This document shows, piece after piece, positions 37,752 through 46,518 of a DNA stretch of 64,000 nt. This DNA comes from Dehalococcoidia bacterium (GTDB lineage Bacteria; Chloroflexota; Dehalococcoidia; Lucifugimonadales; QGNO01). The notes below the pieces were generated by a model. That model had not been told where the DNA came from, did not search any database, and saw only the letters and a list, made by a program, of their open reading frames with translations. The position numbers were made by a program, and so were the translations under genes. The stretch spans positions 1,561,859 through 1,625,858 of the forward strand of contig CBDFLI010000002.1 of assembly GCA_965249115.1 (NCBI GenBank), given 5' to 3'. Numbering within the stretch: the stretch's first letter is position 1; every line of letters begins with the position of its first letter.

Positions 37752-38621
37752 ATGATAGTTGATTCTCACACGCATATATTCCCACCCGCTTTCCACAGGG
37801 ACCGCGGTAAATACGCTGCCAGAGACGCCACGCTGGCGGAGCTTTTTGCCGGCGTAGAGACGCCCATGGCAACCGCCCAGGACCTCATAGCTTCTATGGA
37901 CGAAGCGGAGGTGGACGTCTCCGTTGTAATGGGCATTGGCTGGACGGACATGGAGGTGGCCAGGGAGGCCAACGACTATCTACTGGAGTCGGCGGCACGC
38001 TATCCCAAAAGGCTGGTGCCCTTCTGCTCCGTGAACCCCGCGTGGGGAGAAGAAGCGTTGCGAGAGGTGGGACGGTGCGCAGGCCAGGGCGCCAGGGGCG
38101 TCGGTGAGGTGCACCCGGATACGCAGGGGCTCTCCCTTTCCGACACCGAGGTGATGGAGCCGTTTATCGGGTTGCTGCGCTCACTGCGCCTGGTACTGTT
38201 GACCCATTCGTCGGAACCGGTGGGACACGAGTACGCCGGGAAAGGCACCGTAACCCCGGGAGCACTGATGGACCTGATACGTCAGGCGCAGGACGTTCCC
38301 ATCATCTGTGCCCACTGGGGCGGGGGGCTACCCTTTTACGCACTGATGCCTGAGGTCCAGGCCGCTCTGCAGAACGTCTACTTCGATAGCGCCGCATCCC
38401 CCTTCCTGTACAGGCCCAGAGTGTACTCAGTGGCAACGCAGCTGGTGCGTCCGGAGTCCGTTCTCTTTGGCTCCGACTACCCGCTGCTGGACCCCAGCCG
38501 CATAATCCGCCACATAAGGAAGTCCTCCATCACCGACGACGAAAAGAGTGCCATTCTGGGAGGCAACGCCCAGCGGCTGCTGGGGCTGGACGAACATGGC
38601 ACGGCCGTTACCAATGCCTGA
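37752..38621 (+). CDS. Amidohydrolase-2 family (TIM-barrel metal-dependent hydrolase)
   Basis: The start is chosen at MIVDSHTHIFPP, where the HxH motif is at the extreme N-terminus as is typical. The ORF-track start at 37635 would translate the 21-bp repeats. Confidence 0.7.
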   Translation: MIVDSHTHIFPPAFHRDRGKYAARDATLAELFAGVETPMATAQDLIASMDEAEVDVSVVMGIGWTDMEVAREANDYLLESAARYPKRLVPFCSVNPAWGEEALREVGRCAGQGARGVGEVHPDTQGLSLSDTEVMEPFIGLLRSLRLVLLTHSSEPVGHEYAGKGTVTPGALMDLIRQAQDVPIICAHWGGGLPFYALMPEVQAALQNVYFDSAASPFLYRPRVYSVATQLVRPESVLFGSDYPLLDPSRIIRHIRKSSITDDEKSAILGGNAQRLLGLDEHGTAVTNA

Positions 38622-39195
38622 CACCCTGCGACTGTTCGTGGCGGTGGAACTTCCGGAGGCGGCCAAGCGCCACGTTGAGATGGTCTTGCGTAGGCTCCAG
38701 GGTCTCGATATTCCGGGCGTACGTTGGGTCCGACCAGAAGGCGTGCACCTGACCTTGAAGTTCCTGGGAAGCGTGCCCGTGGAGGACGTAGCGCTCATTA
38801 CTCAGGCTATGGCGCAGGCGGCCTCCGGGACACCGTTCCTGACCCTGTGGCTGGAAGGAGCGGGGGTCTTCCCAAATGCCAGGTCTCCCCGCGTGGTCTG
38901 GCTGGGTGTGCAGGGTAACCTCCAACCGCTGGCACTGCTCCAAGGTAGGCTGGAGGAGGCGCTGGAAGTCCAAGGGTACGCCAGGGAACGTCGTGCATTC
39001 TCCCCTCATCTGACGCTGGGCAGAGTGAGGGGGCGGCTCCCGCCCCTGGAGCTTGAACGACTGAAAGATGCTTTTGGCGAGGTTTCAAGCGTGGACACGG
39101 TGAAACTACCCGTGACTGCGCTGAGCCTGATGGAGAGTCAACTGCGCAAAGAGGGAGCGCTGTACCAGAGAGTGGCTAAGGCTGAATTGGGGTAA
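38614..39195 (+). CDS. thpR: RNA 2',3'-cyclic phosphodiesterase (2H phosphoesterase, LigT/ThpR)
   Basis: It has two HxT/Sx motifs, HLTLKFLG and HLTLGRV. The ATG at 38614 overlaps the upstream stop. Confidence 0.8.
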   Translation: MPDTLRLFVAVELPEAAKRHVEMVLRRLQGLDIPGVRWVRPEGVHLTLKFLGSVPVEDVALITQAMAQAASGTPFLTLWLEGAGVFPNARSPRVVWLGVQGNLQPLALLQGRLEEALEVQGYARERRAFSPHLTLGRVRGRLPPLELERLKDAFGEVSSVDTVKLPVTALSLMESQLRKEGALYQRVAKAELG

Positions 39196-39337
39196 GGGTT
39201 TTATTCAGTCTGTATGCCCATCTGCCATGTTTACTACCGTTCAAAGCCAGGGACCTGCCGACGCATAAAGTTGGATATCTTTGTTTGGTAGTGATATACT
39301 TCACCAACTGTCGAGAACGGAAAGTGAGGAGGTTTCA

Positions 39338-39547
39338 GTGGAGGCAACATTTCCAAGATGCCAGAAATGCTCTACCGGTGACCTAGTGCCTTTGTCGGAC
39401 TTCGGGAGCCAGGGTGCCTCCATCCACTACAAAGCGTGGGTCTGTACCAACCCGGACTGCGGGTTCAATGTCAAGATAAGAAACGGAGACGTCTACCTGA
39501 ACGAGCCGATAGGCAGCGGAGAGATGCACACTCCGCGGGCCAGATAG
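39338..39547 (+). CDS. Small zinc-ribbon protein
   Basis: The GTG at 39338 lies 5 nt after GAGGAGG. CQKC...CTNPDC are the Cys pairs. Confidence 0.45.
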   Translation: MEATFPRCQKCSTGDLVPLSDFGSQGASIHYKAWVCTNPDCGFNVKIRNGDVYLNEPIGSGEMHTPRAR

Positions 39548-39722
39548 CCCCAGCTACGCCTCTCACCCTCTCAGCGGCCACGCCTGGGTTGGCCAGGTCC
39601 CGTTGAAGTTGCACGACTGCCCGGCAGGTGTGGCGTTCTTGTCTTATCTACCGTAACATGAGATGTAAGGCTTATACGGCTGTCCATAAAGCGGCTCAAT
39701 ACCTGTAAATGGAAATGCGGCT

Positions 39723-40592
39723 TTGTGGACTGACATAAATTTTATGCGCTTCTCACGCCGATTCGTAAGTTTAGCTCTCATTGGAGTGGGTGCCCTACTG
39801 GTGGGCGCCGCCGGGACTTACCTGGCATACGGATGGTGGGCTGACCAGGGGTTGGATTCGTTAGCTTATAAGCCCGCCGACTGGTCACCTACAACGGCTT
39901 CGGGAAGTGCGACCACACTGGATGAGTTGCTCGGCGATTCCGTTTCATCATCCCCAGAGGTAACTGGAAACGGCGCCTCACCTGACCCTGCCAACGTCCG
40001 CCTCTACCCGGGAGAGCAGCTTTCATTCGTTTCCTGGAACGACCCCTGGAGCGCCGTTCCGCCGTCCACCGCAGACATTGAACTGGCCGAAGGGTTCCTG
40101 CCCGTGGCGCAGTTCTCCATAGCAGCCCTGGGGGAGATGCCCACAGCCAGTCGAATTGCCATTCCCGCCATTGGTGTGGATGCGACAGTCCAGGAGTTGG
40201 AAATCCTGGACCTGGGCGATTCCCGCCAGTACGAGACACCCAACCGTGTGGTGGGACACATCCCCACCACTGCCAACCCCGGTGAGGCCGGTAGCAACTG
40301 GCTGTTCGGCCACTTGCAAAGCCCTCTACGCGGCGAGGGTGCAGTCTTTCGTAACCTGCCCAAAGTCCCCGATTTGCTCAGGAATGGGGAGACCGTCTAC
40401 ATCGTCCTGGACGGGGATGACGGCAGTTATTTGTACGAGGCTTACACTACGGAAGTCGTGCATAAAGACGATCTTCAGCTTTCCACCACGGACGATGCCA
40501 CTGTAACCCTGGTAGCGTGTGTGCCGTTTATGAAATATGATAACCGCCTGCTGGTAAAGGCCCAACTGGTGGGGTTCAAGCCCGCCGCGTAA
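39723..40592 (+). CDS. Sortase family transpeptidase
   Basis: It has an N-terminal TM anchor, a catalytic-His context (VVGHIP), a TLVAC motif (the TLxTC Cys) and a downstream Arg. Confidence 0.7.
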   Translation: MWTDINFMRFSRRFVSLALIGVGALLVGAAGTYLAYGWWADQGLDSLAYKPADWSPTTASGSATTLDELLGDSVSSSPEVTGNGASPDPANVRLYPGEQLSFVSWNDPWSAVPPSTADIELAEGFLPVAQFSIAALGEMPTASRIAIPAIGVDATVQELEILDLGDSRQYETPNRVVGHIPTTANPGEAGSNWLFGHLQSPLRGEGAVFRNLPKVPDLLRNGETVYIVLDGDDGSYLYEAYTTEVVHKDDLQLSTTDDATVTLVACVPFMKYDNRLLVKAQLVGFKPAA

Positions 40593-40669
40593 TCGGTCCC
40601 GGTGACCATATTTAATCCTGGGAGGGCTGAGAGGCCGGTGAGGCCAACCTCACATACGGAGGAGTTGCG

Positions 40670-41140
40670 ATGACTGGCGCTACTCAGCTCAAGGACGCGT
40701 TCCTGACTCAAATGGGGAAGGAATGGCAACGTTTCCTGGATACGGCCCGGGGCATCCCAGAGGACCGTCTGTTCACTCCCGGCGCCGTAGGCCACTGGTC
40801 GGTCAGGGAGACCGTAGTACACCTGTCCGCCTGGGATGAGGAACTGACGAGGGTGGTGGAGCGGCACCGCACCAGTGGAGAAGAGACCTCCTACGGAGAC
40901 GATGAGGCTGTGGACCGGCTGAACCAGGCACAGGTGGATGAAAAACGGGACATGTCCATGAGCCAGATATGGGAGACGCTGGACGCTAATCACACCCGGA
41001 TGCTCGGGCTGTTGAACGGTCTGCCCGAGGAGGCGTTTGCTCCGGGCACCTATACCGGCGACAACATCGCCACCGAGACCCTGGAGCACTACCGTGAGCA
41101 CAGGGAGGACATTGAGAGGTGGGGCAGGTCTGAACGGTAA
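40670..41140 (+). CDS. DinB/ClbS-like four-helix-bundle protein
   Basis: The His-containing helices WSVRETVVHLSAWDEE and EHYREHREDI are present. Family-level call only. Confidence 0.5.
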   Translation: MTGATQLKDAFLTQMGKEWQRFLDTARGIPEDRLFTPGAVGHWSVRETVVHLSAWDEELTRVVERHRTSGEETSYGDDEAVDRLNQAQVDEKRDMSMSQIWETLDANHTRMLGLLNGLPEEAFAPGTYTGDNIATETLEHYREHREDIERWGRSER

Positions 41141-41148
41141 GGGCTTTC

Positions 41149-41177
41149 TTGACATCACTTGATGCACCTCCTATACT
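41149..41177 (+). promoter_or_regulatory. Sigma70-type promoter
   Basis: TTGACA (41149-41154), a 17-nt spacer, then TATACT (41172-41177). Confidence 0.6.
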
Positions 41178-41184
41178 CGCCTGC

Positions 41185-41480
41185 ACCTGGCAAATAAGTA
41201 GTGAGAAGGCTATGAATGGGAGTAGTACATCCTGAGCGGGGCCCAGAGAGCCGGGTAAGGTGGGAACCGGCGCCAGGCGCGAGGATGGAATGGACCCAGG
41301 AGCCACAACCCGAGTCCTGACGTATCGGGAGGTAGGAGTTGTCGGAAGGGCACCGTTACTGGCCCAGGCGCACAACCGCGACAAAATCCGCGGCCCGCGC
41401 CGTAATGAGGTCCCGATGTATCGGGATGAAAAAGGGTGGCACCACGGAAGAACCCCGTCCCTTACGGATGGGGGTTTTTG
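41185..41480 (+). promoter_or_regulatory. T-box riboswitch leader, probable Trp specifier
   Basis: AGTA at 41221, AGAGAG at 41245-41250 and a distal GGTGGGA at 41259-41265. UGG-A candidates lie at 41286-41288 and 41291-41293. The T-box sequence AAAGGGTGGCACCACGG is at 41431-41447 and overlaps the terminator 5-prime arm region. Confidence 0.8.
41453..41479 (+). terminator. T-box terminator hairpin
   Basis: CCCCGTCC-cttac-GGATGGGG followed by TTTTT. Confidence 0.8.
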
Positions 41481-41558
41481 CTTTAAAGGCGTTCCGTGAA
41501 AAGGAGAAAAGGGGAGTCAAAGAGCCAAGTCATCGGTACAATCAAAAAGGAGGCAATC

Positions 41559-42914
41559 ATGGCGGACAGCAAGACCAATCTGGAGGAAAAGGACATACCC
41601 AAGGCCTGGTACAACATCATCCCGGACCTTCCCGCACCTCTACCGCCCATAATACACCCGGGCACCAAGGAACCCATTGGCCCGGATGACCTGGCACCAC
41701 TGTTTCCCATGGCAATAATTGGGCAAGAGGTCAGCCAGGAGAGGTACATAGAGATCCCGGATGAGGTGAGGGAGATCTACAAGCTGTGGAGGCCAACACC
41801 CATGTTCAGGGCACACAGGCTGGAGAAGGCCCTGGGTACGCCTGCGAAGATCTACTACAAGTACGAGGGCGTAAGCCCGGCAGGCAGCCACAAGCCCAAT
41901 ACAGCCGTGGCCCAGGCCTACTACAACAAGGAGCAGGGCGTGGAGCGCCTCGCGACGGAGACCGGCGCGGGCCAGTGGGGCAGCGCTTTGGCCTTCGCAT
42001 GCCAGCAGTTTGGGCTGGAGTGCAAGGTGTACATGGTCAAGGTCAGCTACGAGCAGAAGCCTTACCGGCGCTCCATGATGGAGACGTGGGGGGCCACGGT
42101 GATCCCCAGCCCCAGCCAGGAAACGCAGTCGGGAAAGGGCATCCTGGCAAAGGACCCGAACTCCACAGGCAGCCTGGGTATCGCCATCAGCGAGGCCGTG
42201 GAGGACGCCGCAACCCGCGACGACACCAAGTACTCCCTTGGCAGCGTGCTGAACCATGTCCTCATGCACCAGACGGTCATAGGCCAGGAGTGCCTGACCC
42301 AGTTCGAGAAGATTGGGGAGTACCCGGACATGGTCATCGGTTGCGTGGGAGGCGGCAGCAGCTTCGCGGGAATTGCGTTCCCGTTCGTGAAGGACAAGCT
42401 GGACGGGAAGAGGGACACGCGCTTCATTGCTGTGGAGCCTGAAGCCGCGCCCAGCATAACCCGCGGCAAGTACGCCTACGACCACGGCGACACAGCAGAG
42501 CTGATACCCCTGGCGAAGATGTACACCCTGGGACACACGTTTGTCCCACCCGCCATCCATGCCGGTGGCCTGCGTTACCACGGCATGGCCTCTCTGTTGA
42601 GCCTGCTATGCAACGAAGGGGTTATAGAGGCACGGGCAGAGCACCAGAACGGCGTGTTCGCCGCCGCCGTCCAGTTCGCCAGGACGGAGGGGATCATCCC
42701 AGCCCCCGAGCCGTCCCACGCCATCAAAGCGACCATAGACGAGGCGCTGATATGCAAGGAGACGGGCGAGGCCAAGACCATCCTGTTCAACCTTTGCGGC
42801 CACGGGTACTTCGACATGGGTGCCTATGATGACTACCTGGCGGGCAGGTTGGAGGACTTCGCCTACCCCAAGGAGGAGGTCGAAAAGGCCCTGGCCGGCC
42901 TGCCGCAGATTTAG
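41559..42914 (+). CDS. trpB2: Tryptophan synthase beta chain, long TrpB2 type
   Basis: The ATG at 41559 follows AAGGAGG. The PLP-lysine context is [11 protein letters not shown], and [12 protein letters not shown] is present. At about 451 aa it has the TrpB2-typical N-terminal extension. Confidence 0.85.
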   Translation: MADSKTNLEEKDIPKAWYNIIPDLPAPLPPIIHPGTKEPIGPDDLAPLFPMAIIGQEVSQERYIEIPDEVREIYKLWRPTPMFRAHRLEKALGTPAKIYYKYEGVSPAGSHKPNTAVAQAYYNKEQGVERLATETGAGQWGSALAFACQQFGLECKVYMVKVSYEQKPYRRSMMETWGATVIPSPSQETQSGKGILAKDPNSTGSLGIAISEAVEDAATRDDTKYSLGSVLNHVLMHQTVIGQECLTQFEKIGEYPDMVIGCVGGGSSFAGIAFPFVKDKLDGKRDTRFIAVEPEAAPSITRGKYAYDHGDTAELIPLAKMYTLGHTFVPPAIHAGGLRYHGMASLLSLLCNEGVIEARAEHQNGVFAAAVQFARTEGIIPAPEPSHAIKATIDEALICKETGEAKTILFNLCGHGYFDMGAYDDYLAGRLEDFAYPKEEVEKALAGLPQI

Positions 42915-43060
42915 GAGTTCAACCGACTCCTGATTCTTCGTCGGCGGAAAGATGGTGAAGGCTGAGGTGTGCAACCACCTCCTCAGAATGACAGGGTACT
43001 ATCATGGTTGGATGGTTCGACGAACTCACCACAGGCAAGCTCACCACGAACGGTAAGGGG
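42914..43060. repeat. Interspersed intergenic repeat, copy C
   Basis: AGTTCAACCGACTCCTGATTCTTCGTCGGC is followed by the core GATGGTGAAGGCTGAGGTGTGCAACC (42951-42976), CTCCTCAGAATGACAGG and a CTCACCACGAACGG module. Confidence 0.8.
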
Positions 43061-43083
43061 GCAGGCTCACTTTGAAGGAGAAG

Positions 43084-44088
43084 ATGATTACAAAGGTAAA
43101 GCGTCGCATACTCACGGGAGTCAGACCCACGGGTCGCCTGCACCTGGGCCACTACGTGGGCGCGTTGGAGAACTGGGTACGCCTTCAAGACGAGTACGAC
43201 TGCTATTTCCTCATAGCGGACTACCAAGCCCTGGGCGATCACCTGGACGACATCCCCGGAATTGGCCGGTCGGTGCTGGATGTGGGCATGGACTGGCTGG
43301 CCGTGGGGCTGGACCCGGAGAAGAGCACCTACGTGGTGCAGAGCTACATCCCGGAGCACGCCGAACTGGCAATGCTCCTGTCCATGCTGACGCCCCTGGG
43401 CATGCTGGAGCGCAACCCTACATTGAAGGCGGAGCGGGAAAAGCTTGAGGGCGAGAGCCTGTCCGTTGGGTTCTACACCTATCCCGTAAGCCAGGTAGCT
43501 GACATCCTGCTGCCCAAGGCCGATCTAGTGCCTGTAGGCGAGGACCAGCTCCCACATATCGAGATGACGCGGGAGGTGGCGCGCAAGTTCAACCACAGGT
43601 ACGGAAACGTCTTCCCTGAACCGGATAGCCTGGTGGGCCGGGTGTCCCGCTTAACCGGGACAGACGGCCAGGCCAAGATGAGCAAGAGCCTGGGCAACGT
43701 CATCTATCTATCGGACGACGAGGAGGAGGTGAACAGTAAGGTGCGCGGCATGTACACGGACCCCACGCGTCTCCGCGCCACCGACCCCGGCCACGTGGAG
43801 GGGAACCCCGTCTTTGAGTACCACGACGCCTTCAACGACGACAAGGCCGAAGTGAACGAACTGAAGGAACGGTACCGCGCCGGTCGCGTGGGAGACGTCG
43901 AGGTGAAGCAGCGGCTGGCGAATGCGCTGAACAGGTTTCTGGCCCCCATCAGGGAGCGCCGTGCACACTACCTGGAACGCCCAAACGTGGTCGAGGAAGC
44001 GATGATGGAGGGGACGCGGCGTGCCAAGAAGGTAGCGGAGACGACAATGGCGGAGGTGCGGGAGAAGATGGGAATTATGTACTTTTGA
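43084..44088 (+). CDS. trpS: Tryptophan--tRNA ligase
   Basis: It has the class I HIGH-type motif (TGRLHLGHY) and KMSKS, and the size is typical of TrpRS. The ATG at 43084 follows GAAGGAG. Confidence 0.9.
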   Translation: MITKVKRRILTGVRPTGRLHLGHYVGALENWVRLQDEYDCYFLIADYQALGDHLDDIPGIGRSVLDVGMDWLAVGLDPEKSTYVVQSYIPEHAELAMLLSMLTPLGMLERNPTLKAEREKLEGESLSVGFYTYPVSQVADILLPKADLVPVGEDQLPHIEMTREVARKFNHRYGNVFPEPDSLVGRVSRLTGTDGQAKMSKSLGNVIYLSDDEEEVNSKVRGMYTDPTRLRATDPGHVEGNPVFEYHDAFNDDKAEVNELKERYRAGRVGDVEVKQRLANALNRFLAPIRERRAHYLERPNVVEEAMMEGTRRAKKVAETTMAEVREKMGIMYF

Positions 44089-44143
44089 CGGAGCGTGATT
44101 CACGTCATTCCAAGGAGCGAAGTGACGAAGAATCTAAGGAGAA

Positions 44144-44449
44144 ATGACCGAATACTACGTCTACATCATGACAAACGCGTCGAGGAAGCTGTATACGGGA
44201 GTCCCGGGCGACTTACAACAACGTATTCATAAAACTTCCTGGCGCTTACGAGGCCTGCGACTCCCAGAGCGACCATACCCAGCCGTTACTCCATGTAGTC
44301 TTACCTCAGAACAAGTAATCAAGGCCTGTAACGGCCTGTTAGTCGTCGGCCAGCAAACTTGGCCGTTTCGCAACCTAAAGTCTATCATCATGGGTGGCAG
44401 CGGCACTGTGTCTCAAATATCCCGACATGTGAACAGCATGTTAAACTAA
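44144..44449 (+). pseudogene. GIY-YIG nuclease-family remnant
   Basis: Only the first 30 or so aa (YYVYIMTNASRKLYTGVPGDLQQRIH) match the GIY-YIG N-terminus. The rest of the ORF is unrelated low-complexity read-through. Confidence 0.45.
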
Positions 44450-44563
44450 GGCCTCTCATTAGCACGTCTATTCCCATATTGACCAGCCCAAAGGGCTAAA
44501 GAATCCGTCCTTAAGGCTCGCTAAGGCTCGCTCGTATTTAGCGATGAAGGGGGAGTTGCACCA

Positions 44564-45391
44564 ATGATAGCCGAGTTTTTTGGTGATCTGGAACGGTTAG
44601 CTGCCACGCTGTACCCATACCGGTGGCCAATCGCAATAGCTATGGTCGCGTTGGTGGCGGGACTCTTCGTGTTCGGCTACAGACGAGGGTGGCACAACAC
44701 CGTACGGCGGCACAGGCTCCTGTTCGCAGTTGTGGGCACGCCTACACTGGTCCTCATAGGGATTGCCGGGTATGACCTAGGCTCTCCGCTGTTCACCAAC
44801 GTCACTGTCGAAGAGGAGTTCCCTTTCGCCCACGACGCGAACGTCCCCGAAGGTATGAAGATGGAAGAGGTAGAGGCCGTCATGGAGGTCATGGCCAAGA
44901 TGGACCAGGAGTTCATCGAGGACATTGGCGTGATGGATAGCACACAAGCGACTCCAACTCCGACGCCCACGATGGCAGCGCCCACGCCAACGCCAACGCC
45001 AACGACAGTCCCGAGCCCTGAGCCCACTCCGACTCCGCTTGCCACTGCACTGGCGCTTAAGACGGGCAGCCTAAGGGACCAAGACAGCTTCCACAAGGGG
45101 AGTGGCCAGGCCACAATCTTTGAGCTTCCCGACGGCTCCCGTATACTCAGACTCGAAAACCTCAAAGTGACCAACGGGCCTGAGCTCCACGTTATCCTCA
45201 CGCCCCATCAGGACCCCAACAGGCAGAACGACGTGAAAACATCCGGTTACGTAGACCTCGGCGTACTCAAAGGAAACATCGGCAACCAGAACTATCCGAT
45301 ACCTGACGAGGTGGACATAGGGATCCAGCAAAGCGTGGTAATCTATTGCAAACCGTTCCACGTTATATTTAGCGTGGCATCTCTCAGTTGA
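44564..45391 (+). CDS. Membrane-anchored DM13-domain protein with Thr/Pro linker
   Basis: It has an N-terminal TM region, a (TP)n linker, and a C-terminal SFHKGSGQATIFELPDGSRILRLENLKVTNGPELHVIL pattern that resembles DM13. Confidence 0.55.
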   Translation: MIAEFFGDLERLAATLYPYRWPIAIAMVALVAGLFVFGYRRGWHNTVRRHRLLFAVVGTPTLVLIGIAGYDLGSPLFTNVTVEEEFPFAHDANVPEGMKMEEVEAVMEVMAKMDQEFIEDIGVMDSTQATPTPTPTMAAPTPTPTPTTVPSPEPTPTPLATALALKTGSLRDQDSFHKGSGQATIFELPDGSRILRLENLKVTNGPELHVILTPHQDPNRQNDVKTSGYVDLGVLKGNIGNQNYPIPDEVDIGIQQSVVIYCKPFHVIFSVASLS

Positions 45392-45544
45392 GGAAGAACT
45401 GGAGAGACCAGGAGCTGGAGATGAGTCCGAAGGGGATATTCATCATCTTCAGCCCCATGATGGGGATGATGTCGCGGCGAAACCTGAAGCAAACGGCCTC
45501 AGCTCTACAGGACTATCCAGAGGGGCGGCAGTGAAAGCCCGTTA

Positions 45545-45922
45545 CTATTTCTGCTCCGTCTTCACGAATCTCATCGAAAGCGAGTTCACGCAATGACGGG
45601 TGCTTGTCTCGGTGAAACCTTCTCCGACGAATACATGACCCAGGTGACCGCCACAGTTGGCGCACTCGATCTCCGTGCGCATGCCATCAGGGTCAGGTAA
45701 GCGGACTACCGACCCCTGTATCTCCTTATCGAAGGATGGCCAGCCGCAACGAGCGTCAAACTTGTCGACTGATCTGTATAACTCGGCATTGCAGCGACGG
45801 CAGACATAGGTGCCAGCCTCGTAAAAGTCATCATATTCGCCTTGGAAAGGCGGTTCCGTTCCCTTCCCCTCGATTACGAAGCGCTCCTCAGGAGACAGCT
45901 GACTGTAGCTTGTGTTCTTCAT
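45545..45922 (-). CDS. msrB: Peptide-methionine (R)-S-oxide reductase
   Basis: It has two CxxC zinc pairs (CRRC, CANC), GWPSF, and the catalytic RHCVNS motif. The start is chosen at MKNTSY (45922). Confidence 0.9.
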   Translation of the reverse strand: MKNTSYSQLSPEERFVIEGKGTEPPFQGEYDDFYEAGTYVCRRCNAELYRSVDKFDARCGWPSFDKEIQGSVVRLPDPDGMRTEIECANCGGHLGHVFVGEGFTETSTRHCVNSLSMRFVKTEQK

Positions 45923-46042
45923 CTGTGATCCTCGTCCTTTCACACCCAGTGTAGCACGAGATATGTGTGCCCGCTTCCCTGGACCCACTCAAAGGGTAAC
46001 CGTTCGGTACCGCGTTGAAAAATCCGTTGGAATCCGCTACCG

Positions 46043-46426
46043 CTAGTCAGGGATGCAGGCAGTGGCTGTGATCTCGACGAGTAAATCAGGGGAGTTGAGC
46101 ATGACCTCTGCCGTAGTTCTGGCGGGCTTATCAGTGGGGAAATATTGCCCATATACCTCGTTGTAGCCCTGAAGATCCTCCCGCCTGGTGAGGTATGAAG
46201 TGATGGTCAGTACGTTGTCCAGAGATGTCCCAGCCTCGGTCAGCACGTACTTGATCCTCTCCAGGGTGTCGCGGGTCTGCTGGCGTATGTCCTTTCCCAG
46301 TTCGCCGGTGATGTGGTGCCTACCAGTATGTCCGGCCACGAATACAAGATTTCCAAACCTGACTGCTGGAGACAGGTTGGGATTGGGTGCGGCCAATTCA
46401 ACGTTGATGACTTCTTTCTTAGGCAT
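46043..46426 (-). CDS. RidA/YjgF/L-PSP family deaminase
   Basis: 127 aa. The sequences FVAGHTG and PARTTAEV, and the length, are typical of RidA. Confidence 0.85.
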   Translation of the reverse strand: MPKKEVINVELAAPNPNLSPAVRFGNLVFVAGHTGRHHITGELGKDIRQQTRDTLERIKYVLTEAGTSLDNVLTITSYLTRREDLQGYNEVYGQYFPTDKPARTTAEVMLNSPDLLVEITATACIPD

Positions 46427-46518
46427 TTTTCCCTCCTGTTTTGTAATGTCTCGACCTGAGGTCGTCCATAGGTCCCACGTTTTCAGCTTCTCTCACGTGC
46501 CACGCCCGATAAGGCCTG

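Noticed and set aside
40625-40660. GGGCTGAGAGGCCGGTGAGGCCAACCTCAC upstream of the DinB-like gene, considered as a fourth copy of the interspersed repeat core.
   Set aside because: The similarity to GGCTGAGGTGTGCAACCACCTC is patchy and the flanking modules are absent. It cannot be distinguished from chance without an alignment statistic.
45388-45535. A short ORF (…TWRDQELEMSPKGIFIIFSPMMGMMSRRNLKQTASALQDYPEGRQ*) resembling the C-terminal tail of SRPBCC/START-like proteins. It could be a gene remnant after the DM13 gene.
   Set aside because: Only a roughly 45-aa motif-level resemblance from memory supports it. There is no upstream continuation of the frame, so this is too weak to call.
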